From NCBI RefSeq assembly GCF_000010065.1, contig NC_006576.1, forward strand, positions 1,710,001 through 1,742,000: a stretch of 32,000 nt of DNA, written 5' to 3'. Under the pieces are notes generated by a model. The model was not told where the DNA came from. It saw only the letters and a program-made list of their open reading frames with translations, and did not search any database. Made by a program: the position numbers and the translations under genes. Every line of letters begins with the position of its first letter. The stretch's first letter is position 1. Source of the DNA: Synechococcus elongatus PCC 6301. Its GTDB lineage: Bacteria > Cyanobacteriota > Cyanobacteriia > Synechococcales > Synechococcaceae. Positions 1-7,635 of the stretch are shown here, in pieces.

Positions 1-82
1 CACTGGATACAGCAGCGGCAGCGAGAGAGTCCCGCTGCCGACAATTATGCCGCGCCGAACTGGTCGACTGTGAGCGAGCGGC

Positions 83-1507
83 TTAGGCTTTTTTCTTGCC
101 TTTCTTCGCTTTGGGTGCTTCAGGGGCTTCTTCTGCAGTTTCCGTCGCGGTTGTTTCCACGGTCGCGGAGGCAGCATCGACTTCAGTTTCTGCTGCTTTG
201 GGGGCGACGAAGGTCACGCTGTTGTTGGCCTCAAACCACTCCAGCAGTTTGTCCTCTAGTAATTCTTCGCGGACGACCGTGATGAGGCGATCGCGATCGA
301 CTTCTTGCGGGCGAGGATAGTTGCTCAGCAGTTCAGCTGCCCGAGCCTTCACGGCTTCGTCATCAACCTGAGTCTCGGTGACTTTTGCCAACTCACCCAG
401 GGCGATCGTGCGGCGCAGACGTTGCTCGTCTTCGTCCTTGGAATTTTCGCGCAACCGTTCCAGTACTTCTTCGGTGAACAGCTTGCGGACATCCATGCCT
501 TGTCCCGAGAGACGGCTGGCCGTCTCGTTGATCATGGCAGAGATTTCGCGCTGGAGCAGCGACTCGGGAATTTCCACATCCAGCTGATCGGCCAACGCAG
601 TCAGGATCGCGTCACGCTTGCTGGCTTTGACTTCGCTCTCATGTTCCGCTTGGAAGCGCTCGGTCAAGGCTGTTTTCAGCTCTTCGATCGTTTCGTACTG
701 GCTGGCTTCCTGAGCGAAGGCATCATCCAGTTCTGGCAGATCGCGGGTTTTCAGCTCTTTGAGCGTGATTGTGAACTGGGCAGCTTTGCCGGCGACTTCT
801 TCCTGGGCATAGGTCTCGGGAAAGGTGGCATCAACGGTGCGGGTTTCTTCGATCGCCATGCCAACGATGCCGCTGATGAAGCCTGGGATAAAGCGATCTT
901 CTTCAACTTCAATTTGGAAGTCGGTGCCGCTACCACCCGGAATTTCTTCGCCGCTCTCGACGAGGATGCCTTGGAAGTCGATCACGGCCACATCGCCGAT
1001 CGCCGCATTGCGGCCTTCGACGGGGACCAAGGTCGCCATCTGTTTTTGTTGCTCGGCTAAAACATTGTCAACGCGGTTGGCATCAAAGGGCACCTCAGCC
1101 ACTTCGACCGTCAAGCCGGTGTACTGCGCTAGGGTTGCCGTCGGCTGCACGTCGACACTGGCTTCAAAGCTGAAAGACTTGCCGGGTTGAAAGGCAGCAA
1201 CGAGCGTCTCAAAGTCGCTGCTCAACTGGTAGTTGCCGATCGCTGGAATCGATTCTTGGGCGATCGCCGATTCCAAGCTTTGCTGAACCAAGTCCTCAAT
1301 AGCGTTGGCCTTGAGAGCGGTTTCACCCAAACGCTGAATCAGAACTGGACGGGGGACTTTCCCAGGACGAAAGCCGGGGAAACGAACTTCGCGACTGAGG
1401 CGGGTGAGGGTACGCTCGTAGACTTGGCGCGACTGTTCGCCACTGACTTCAATCTGCAGACCAACGCGACTGGCCGGCAGCTTCTCCTGGGTAACTTTTA
1501 TCGACAT
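83..1507 (-). CDS. tig: Trigger factor (ribosome-associated chaperone / PPIase)
   Basis: 474-aa ORF. N-terminus MSIKVTQEKLP...VRFPGFRPGKVP carries the trigger-factor ribosome-binding GFRxGxxP signature. Central FKBP-like region and Lys-rich tail. TAA stop at 83-85. Confidence 0.95.
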   Translation of the reverse strand: MSIKVTQEKLPASRVGLQIEVSGEQSRQVYERTLTRLSREVRFPGFRPGKVPRPVLIQRLGETALKANAIEDLVQQSLESAIAQESIPAIGNYQLSSDFETLVAAFQPGKSFSFEASVDVQPTATLAQYTGLTVEVAEVPFDANRVDNVLAEQQKQMATLVPVEGRNAAIGDVAVIDFQGILVESGEEIPGGSGTDFQIEVEEDRFIPGFISGIVGMAIEETRTVDATFPETYAQEEVAGKAAQFTITLKELKTRDLPELDDAFAQEASQYETIEELKTALTERFQAEHESEVKASKRDAILTALADQLDVEIPESLLQREISAMINETASRLSGQGMDVRKLFTEEVLERLRENSKDEDEQRLRRTIALGELAKVTETQVDDEAVKARAAELLSNYPRPQEVDRDRLITVVREELLEDKLLEWFEANNSVTFVAPKAAETEVDAASATVETTATETAEEAPEAPKAKKGKKKA

Positions 1508-1774
1508 CCGAGTTCAGATTATTTGAGGGAGCTGGTTGCAGCGTGGGCAATGATCCAGTGGCCTTGCCATAGGCCAATGATCGCGCTCGAGATCTCAGGG
1601 GGATGGCGATCGCGGATCGAGGCTTCTTTTTTCTGCAGTCTTTGATCGTATCTGATGGACATGGCTCCTGACCAGAATCGATCGAATTGCTCCCAGTCAC
1701 GCTTCAGCCTTGTGGCGATCGCCCGCATCAGGAACAATGCCATGCTGAAACAGGCATAGCGATGTTGTGAGGCC

Positions 1775-4087
1775 ATGCAAGAGGCAAAAGTTGCGGCAAT
1801 TTTGGGAGCCGGTGCTTGGGGAACGACCCTGGCTCAGCTCTTGCGCAGCAATGGCCTTGAGGTGCGGCAATGGTCTCGCCGAAGTGAGACCTCTTTGGCA
1901 GCAACATTGGCAGAGGCCGATCTCTGGATTATGGCGGTCTCCATGGCCGGCTTGGCTTCCGTGGCGGATCAAGTGGCAGCCCTCCAACTGGGCGATCGCG
2001 CGATTTGGGTGAGTGCAACTAAAGGACTGGCGGATCTGGGCTGGCGGACTCCCTCTCAGGTTCTCAGCGATCGCTTCCCGCTGCAGCCGATTACGGTGCT
2101 CTCAGGGCCCAATCTTTCCAAGGAAATTAGCCAGGGATTACCCGCAGCGACCGTGATTGCCAGTCGCGATCGCCATGCAGCGGCCGTGGTTCAGCAGGCG
2201 TTTGCCAGCGATCGCTTTCGGGTCTATACCAATCGCGATCCCCTCGGAACCGAGCTGGGCGGGGCTCTCAAAAATGTGATTGCGATCGCTGTCGGGGTCT
2301 GTGATGGTCTCTGTCTGGGTGCCAATGCGCGATCGGCCTTGGTAACGCGAGCCTTGGCAGAAATTCTGCGCGTGGGGGCCTATTTCGGTGCCCGCACGGA
2401 AACGTTCTTTGGACTGTCAGGGCTAGGTGATTTACTGGCGACCTGCACCAGTCCGCTCAGTCGCAACTATCAAGTTGGATTCCGGCTCGCGCAAGGTGAG
2501 AGCTTGGCTGCGGCACTAACGGCGATCGCAGCCACGGCTGAAGGCGTATCTACCGCTCGAGTGCTGGCCCAGCTGGCCAGCCGTGAGGGACTAGAGTTGC
2601 CGATCGCGGCCTGTGTGGCGGAGTTGTTAGATAACCGGATTTCGCCAACAACCGCCATTGAGCGGCTGATGGCTCGCGATCTGAAAGCGGAATTGGTCCG
2701 AGAGAATCAGAACGTAGCCAGCAATACCTTACCCCTGGCGATCGCAGAGCCTCTGGCGATGAAAAAAACCTACGTCCTCGATACGAACGTGCTTTTGCAC
2801 GATCCAATGGCACTGTTTCGCTTTGAGGATAACGATCTCGTGATTCCAATCACGGTGATCGAAGAGATTGATCGCTTCAAGAAGGATCTCAATGAACGGG
2901 GCCGCAATGCCCGCCAGATTTCTCGACTGTTAGATGGCTTTCGGAGCAAAGGGCATCTGATTGAGGGCATCACGCTTGACCACGGCGGCAAGCTGCGGGT
3001 TGTCATGCTTGAAAAAACCTTTCTTGAGCAACTGCCTAGCGGCTTGATTGCCAATGCAAATGACAACGCAATTCTGGCTGTAGCGCTGGCACTGCAACAA
3101 CAAAATGGTCAGCCGACAATTCTAGTCACTAAAGATACAAATCTTCGGATTAAAGCTGATGCAACAGGGCTCTGTGCTGAAGATTATGAGTCTGACAAAA
3201 TTGATTTTTCGGAACTCTACAGCGGCACAGCTGAGGTCTATCTTGCTCCCGACCAACTCCAAGTTTTTCGACGGGAGGGTGGCTTGGATCTCAGCGGAGA
3301 ATTTTTTCCGAATCAAGCCCTGACACTCGTTGATGAAACAAATCTCTCCCATACGCTCCTCGGGCGCTATCGAGCTAGCGATCGCCGCGTTGTGCCTTTG
3401 ATTCAGCCGCCCAAAATGGGCATCAGCCGCATTCATGCCCGTAATCGTGAGCAGCAGTTTGCCCTTGATCTGCTACTGGACGACAACATTCAGCTCGTGA
3501 CGCTGGTTGGAAAGGCTGGAACGGGGAAAACGCTCTTAGCAGTGGCGGCAGGTCTGCATAAAGTAGCGGATGAGCGCCACTTTAGCCGCCTTTTAGTTTC
3601 GCGGCCAATTTTCCCAATGGGACGAGATTTAGGGTTCTTGCCAGGCGATTTACAGGAAAAGCTCGCGCCTTGGATGCAGCCAATTATTGATAATCTCGAC
3701 TTTATTTTGGGTGGTGCTAACAACAATGGCGATCGCCCCAGTAATAAGCAGCAAAACTATCAAGATTTGATGGGAATGAATCTACTCCAAATTGAACCAC
3801 TGACTTATATTCGCGGTCGTTCAATCCCACGCCAGTTCATGATTGTTGACGAAGCCCAGAATCTGACGCCCCATGAGATTAAAACGATTCTGACCCGTGC
3901 CGGTGAAGGGACGAAAATCGTTCTCACTGGAGATGCTTACCAGATTGATAATCCCTACGTTGATGCTTCGAGTAACGGACTGACCTACGTTGTTGAGAAA
4001 TTTAAGAACGAAGCAATTGCGGGGCATATCACCCTCGAGCGGGGCGAGCGATCGCCTCTCGCTGAACTGTCCGCTAATCTGCTTTAA
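1775..4087 (+). CDS. gpsA: Single uninterrupted ORF: N-terminal NAD(P)H-dependent glycerol-3-phosphate dehydrogenase (aa 1-~306) fused in frame to PIN-domain/PhoH-like ATPase (PhoH2, from Met329 at nt 2759)
   Basis: GpsA motifs: AILGAGAWGT (Rossmann), GPNLSKEI, GALKNVIAIAVG, SRNYQVG. After ...RLMARDLKAE a 22-aa linker follows with no stop codon (checked codon by codon, 2582-2780). Then PIN (YVLDTNVLLHD, VIEEIDRF, NDNAILAVA, LVTKDTNLRIKA) and PhoH ATPase (Walker A GKAGTGKT near 3509-3532, Walker B MIVDEAQN). PhoH2 may also be made from the internal ATG at 2759. Confidence 0.85.
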   Translation: MQEAKVAAILGAGAWGTTLAQLLRSNGLEVRQWSRRSETSLAATLAEADLWIMAVSMAGLASVADQVAALQLGDRAIWVSATKGLADLGWRTPSQVLSDRFPLQPITVLSGPNLSKEISQGLPAATVIASRDRHAAAVVQQAFASDRFRVYTNRDPLGTELGGALKNVIAIAVGVCDGLCLGANARSALVTRALAEILRVGAYFGARTETFFGLSGLGDLLATCTSPLSRNYQVGFRLAQGESLAAALTAIAATAEGVSTARVLAQLASREGLELPIAACVAELLDNRISPTTAIERLMARDLKAELVRENQNVASNTLPLAIAEPLAMKKTYVLDTNVLLHDPMALFRFEDNDLVIPITVIEEIDRFKKDLNERGRNARQISRLLDGFRSKGHLIEGITLDHGGKLRVVMLEKTFLEQLPSGLIANANDNAILAVALALQQQNGQPTILVTKDTNLRIKADATGLCAEDYESDKIDFSELYSGTAEVYLAPDQLQVFRREGGLDLSGEFFPNQALTLVDETNLSHTLLGRYRASDRRVVPLIQPPKMGISRIHARNREQQFALDLLLDDNIQLVTLVGKAGTGKTLLAVAAGLHKVADERHFSRLLVSRPIFPMGRDLGFLPGDLQEKLAPWMQPIIDNLDFILGGANNNGDRPSNKQQNYQDLMGMNLLQIEPLTYIRGRSIPRQFMIVDEAQNLTPHEIKTILTRAGEGTKIVLTGDAYQIDNPYVDASSNGLTYVVEKFKNEAIAGHITLERGERSPLAELSANLL

Positions 4088-4095
4088 TCACTGGG

Positions 4096-4806
4096 ATGTC
4101 TGCTCCCGACTGTAACCCCCACAAAGACCTGCTCGAACGCGTACTGCGCGACAGTGTTTTTGATCTCTGGGCCATGATCGATCGCATCCTGATGCTGCCA
4201 CGGTTGCCCCACGATCGCTTTTGTGTGTGTATTTTTGGCTCGGCACGGCTCATGGCCGATAATCCGGTCTATCAGGATGTGCAATGGCTTGCTCAGGAGC
4301 TGACCTACCTAGGCTGCGACATTGTCACAGGTGGTGGGCCCGGTTTGATGGAAGCGGCGAATGCTGGCAGTGTCAGTGCAGACCCTGAAAATCGAACGCG
4401 ATCGGTGGGGCTCCGCATTGACCTTCCCCACGAACAGGGCAGTAATCCCTACGTTGAAGAGCTGTACGAACACAGCAACTTTTTCTCAAGACTCCATCAC
4501 TTTGTTTTAGAGGCAGATACTTTCGTGGTGATGCCTGGTGGAATTGGCACGCTGCTAGAGCTGGTGACTATCTGGCAACTCCTACAAGTGTCTAAGCTGC
4601 CCCCAACACCCCTGATTTTGGTGGGCTCGATGTGGCGTGACTTCTTGATCTGGGCCAATGCTGCCATGGCTAAAGGGCAACCAGCTCCCGCCAGTGAAGT
4701 GGATTTAGAAATTCCAATTGCGGTTGAGCAGGTATCCGAAGTTTTACCTTTGTTACGACAAGCGCAAACTCGCTGGCAACAAAGCTGCCCAATCATCACT
4801 AATTAG
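4096..4806 (+). CDS. LOG-family / TIGR00730-type Rossmann-fold nucleotide-binding protein (putative nucleotide 5'-monophosphate nucleosidase)
   Basis: 236-aa ORF with the family motifs VTGGGPGLMEAANAG and PGGIGTLLEL. ATG lies only 8 nt after the PhoH2 stop. Confidence 0.8.
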   Translation: MSAPDCNPHKDLLERVLRDSVFDLWAMIDRILMLPRLPHDRFCVCIFGSARLMADNPVYQDVQWLAQELTYLGCDIVTGGGPGLMEAANAGSVSADPENRTRSVGLRIDLPHEQGSNPYVEELYEHSNFFSRLHHFVLEADTFVVMPGGIGTLLELVTIWQLLQVSKLPPTPLILVGSMWRDFLIWANAAMAKGQPAPASEVDLEIPIAVEQVSEVLPLLRQAQTRWQQSCPIITN

Positions 4807-4888
4807 CAGTTCTGCCATTACCTTGGGTAGCAGGACGATAATCCTGGCTTAGTTCATTCATGCACTCCTGCATGATCCCTCACCCAGA

Positions 4889-5116
4889 ATGCTGTCATTT
4901 TTTTCCTGGATACCTCTTCCCAGACTGAGGGACTGGCCTGCCATTACCCTGGCAGCTGGAGTTCATATCCTGATCTCTCAGTTTGCCTATTCCTATATCA
5001 GTTTTACTGATGCAAAAGTCACCCCTATTTGGCCCTCAGCGGGAGTACTGCTAGCAGCTCTTTTTTGGCGGGCCCACAGGTGTGGCCTGGCATCTTCATC
5101 GGCGATTTTTTACTGA
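4889..5116 (+). pseudogene. N-terminal fragment (first TM segments of a MASE1 domain) of the downstream GGDEF-EAL gene, separated from it by a 1-nt frameshift in a T6 run (5061-5066)
   Basis: This frame reads ...AKVTPIWPSAGVLLAALFW then nonsense. The 5029 frame continues ...FLAGPQVWPGIFIGDFLL. Joined with one extra T they give IWPSAGVLLAALFLAGPQVWPGIFIGDFLL, the typical MASE1 core pattern. Confidence 0.7.
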
Positions 5117-7593
5117 AGCTGATGACAGGTTTGGGCGTTGGAGTGAGCCTGAGTGGCGCAGTTGCTAATGCCAGTTCTCGCTTGGTCGCCTATGCGGTCG
5201 CAAAACGAGCCATTAGTCGTTCAAGTCGCTTGCAAACACTTGATGAAGTTTGGACACTTTTAGCGGCAGCAGTAGCTCAAGCAACGGTATCTGCCCTAAT
5301 AGGAGCAACTGGGAATTGCCTATTTGGCGCGGCTAGTTGGAATCGCTTCTTCACAATTGGCTGGACTTGGTGGACCGGCAATGCCAGCAGTGCGATTTTA
5401 TTTTTTCCGGTTGTCTTGCTATGGTGCAATCAATGGCGTCAGTCGCTGCAACTTTCTGCTAAGCGTTGGCTAGAGCTCTTCATTATTAGTGCAATCATTC
5501 TTGCGATCGCAACCTTAGCATTTGCGAGTAAACCCTATCCAGTATCTTCACTAGTTATTCCAGTCTTCGTCTGGCTGGCGCTACGTTTTAACAGCACTTG
5601 GGTATCAACAGGGATTACTTTTATTACCCTGTTTGCTTTTATTTCGACTGCTAATGGCAAAGGGCAATTTAGTGTCTTGGCGGTGAATGAAGCACTGATC
5701 CTTTTGCAAAGCTACAACAGCAGTATTGCTGTGATGAGTTTTAGTCTCAATGCAGTGATTAGCCAAGCTAGAAATAGTCAGACATACTTGCGACAAATTC
5801 TTGATCATCTTCCGATTGGTGTTGCTGTTCATGAGCTGACAGGTCGAATGACTTATGTGAATGCAGTTGGTCGAGAGATTTTAAGAGGCAAGTATAAGAG
5901 TGCCACACTTGAGGAAATGGCTAAGTTTTTTAATATTTATCAGGCAAGTAAAAACAGACTCACCCCGATTGAAGAGCTACCCCTGGCGATGGCTCTTCAA
6001 GGCCAGTTAAGCCATACTGAAGATCTTGAATTACGCTGGCCTGATCGCACTATACCTTTAGAGGTTTGGGGAATTCCTATCCATGATGAAACCGGCCATA
6101 TCAAAGAAGGAATGACTGTTTTTCAAGATATTCATGAACGCCTTGAAAATGCTCGTCTGATTCAACAAGCAAATGAACAGCTATCCCTTACAGTTCAAGA
6201 ATTAGAAGCTGCTAATCATAAGTTAGAGCAGGAGGCCTCGGAACGACAGCAAGCCCAAGCTCAACTCTGGCATTTGGCTCACTTTGACACACTGACTCAA
6301 CTTCCTAATCGAGCCTATTTTGTTGAGCAATTACATGCTTGGTTCAATCGTTATAAGGCTGATCATCAATATCCGTTTGCTGTTCTCTTCTTAGACTGCG
6401 ATCGCTTCAAAATTGTCAATGACTCCCTCGGTCATAGTGCGGGTGATGTTCTGCTCACGCAAGTTGCACAACGCCTGCAAAGCTGTATTGCTTCGCCAGT
6501 GATCTTCGCGCGCCTCGGTGGCGATGAGTTTGGGGTGTTAGTCCCAGCTCAAGACCCCGGCTATCCTCAGGATCTCGCGGAGCAACTGCATGAGTTAATT
6601 GTCCATCCGTTTGAAATTCAAGGACAGCGTATCTACATCGGTGTCAGCATCGGCATCAGTTTTGTCTCTGCCCAGATCGATGCTGCTGAAGAGTTGCTCC
6701 GCAGCGCGGATACAGCAATGTATGCTGCCAAACGCAATCCCCTCAGTCGTGGCATTCAGATCTTCTCGGCTAAACTCTCTGCCAATTCCCTCAAGAACCT
6801 TGCTCTAGAAACAGCCCTACGGGAGGCAATTAAGCAAGCAGATATTGATCTTTTCTACCAGCCCATCGTCGATCTTGAGACCGGCGCTCTCGTCGGGGCG
6901 GAAGCATTAGCCCGCTGGTTTCATCCTGAGCTGGGCAACATTCCCCCCTTGGAATTTGTGACCCTCGCTGAGCGATCGAAACTAATTTTCAGTCTCGGTA
7001 ATTTTATTCTTGAAAAGGCCTGCCTGCAGATTCACCTCTGGCAACAGGATCACTTGATTACTCCTGGCGACTTCATCTTGCACGTCAATATCTCGGCCCA
7101 GCAGATTTGTCACGAAGACTTTGAGGACTGGATCAAAGATATTCTGCAAAGAACGGAAATATCCGCTCAGAATCTCATGCTAGAAATTACTGAGTCCAGT
7201 GTTGCTGAAGATATTGACCAGCAGTTGCTCAAGCTGCTCGATGAGCTGAAATCGATGGGAGTCCAGCTGAGCATCGATGACTTTGGAACAGGGTATTCTT
7301 CGCTGAGCTACTTGCAAAGGCTGCCGGTTAATTCCCTCAAAATCGATCGCTCCTTCATCCATCAAATCAACTTGGCTGGGGATAACCGCCAGGTCGCCCA
7401 AGCCACGATCGCGCTGGCCCATAGCTTTGGCTTGGAGGTTGTTGCCGAAGGCATTGAAGAAGAGTCTCAGCTCTACTGGTTGCGGCAGCTAGGCTGCGAT
7501 ATGGGGCAGGGCTATTACTTCTCGAAGCCCCTATCAGCTGCTGATATGACCGAGTTTCTGCGCTGCCACGGCTCTGCTAGCCAAACCCGGTAA
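5029..7593 (+). CDS. Membrane sensor MASE1-PAS-GGDEF-EAL protein (diguanylate cyclase / c-di-GMP phosphodiesterase); the true 5' end is probably 4889, read through a frameshift
   Basis: 854-aa ORF opened by TTG. Multiple TM helices, PAS (ILDHLPIGVAVHE...), a coiled-coil linker, GGDEF (RLGGDEFGV near 6511-6534), EAL (GAEALARW near 6895-6918) and DDFGTGYSSLSYL. Confidence 0.9.
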   Translation: MALSGSTASSSFLAGPQVWPGIFIGDFLLKLMTGLGVGVSLSGAVANASSRLVAYAVAKRAISRSSRLQTLDEVWTLLAAAVAQATVSALIGATGNCLFGAASWNRFFTIGWTWWTGNASSAILFFPVVLLWCNQWRQSLQLSAKRWLELFIISAIILAIATLAFASKPYPVSSLVIPVFVWLALRFNSTWVSTGITFITLFAFISTANGKGQFSVLAVNEALILLQSYNSSIAVMSFSLNAVISQARNSQTYLRQILDHLPIGVAVHELTGRMTYVNAVGREILRGKYKSATLEEMAKFFNIYQASKNRLTPIEELPLAMALQGQLSHTEDLELRWPDRTIPLEVWGIPIHDETGHIKEGMTVFQDIHERLENARLIQQANEQLSLTVQELEAANHKLEQEASERQQAQAQLWHLAHFDTLTQLPNRAYFVEQLHAWFNRYKADHQYPFAVLFLDCDRFKIVNDSLGHSAGDVLLTQVAQRLQSCIASPVIFARLGGDEFGVLVPAQDPGYPQDLAEQLHELIVHPFEIQGQRIYIGVSIGISFVSAQIDAAEELLRSADTAMYAAKRNPLSRGIQIFSAKLSANSLKNLALETALREAIKQADIDLFYQPIVDLETGALVGAEALARWFHPELGNIPPLEFVTLAERSKLIFSLGNFILEKACLQIHLWQQDHLITPGDFILHVNISAQQICHEDFEDWIKDILQRTEISAQNLMLEITESSVAEDIDQQLLKLLDELKSMGVQLSIDDFGTGYSSLSYLQRLPVNSLKIDRSFIHQINLAGDNRQVAQATIALAHSFGLEVVAEGIEEESQLYWLRQLGCDMGQGYYFSKPLSAADMTEFLRCHGSASQTR

Positions 7594-7635
7594 GGCGCAG
7601 GCGTATAGTGGAGGGCGTTGCCCCCTGAGGTCTGC

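Noticed and set aside
16-40. 8-bp stem (CGGCAGCG/CGCTGCCG) downstream of tig as an intrinsic terminator
   Set aside because: No U-tract follows it on the minus strand, and the window edge cuts the context. It is insufficient to call.
305-1060. 251-aa ORF on the + strand
   Set aside because: It is entirely antisense to the well-supported tig gene. The product is low-complexity (Ala/Gly/Phe/Leu-rich) with no recognisable motif. Such shadow ORFs are expected in GC-rich coding DNA.
1187-1645. 152-aa + strand ORF spanning the tig 5' end and the intergenic region
   Set aside because: Most of it is antisense to tig codons. There is no ribosome-binding site or motif support.
4889-5116. 75-aa ORF as an independent small membrane-protein gene
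   Set aside because: Its sequence continues seamlessly into the downstream MASE1 domain after a 1-nt correction in the T6 run. It is therefore better explained as the displaced N-terminus of that gene.
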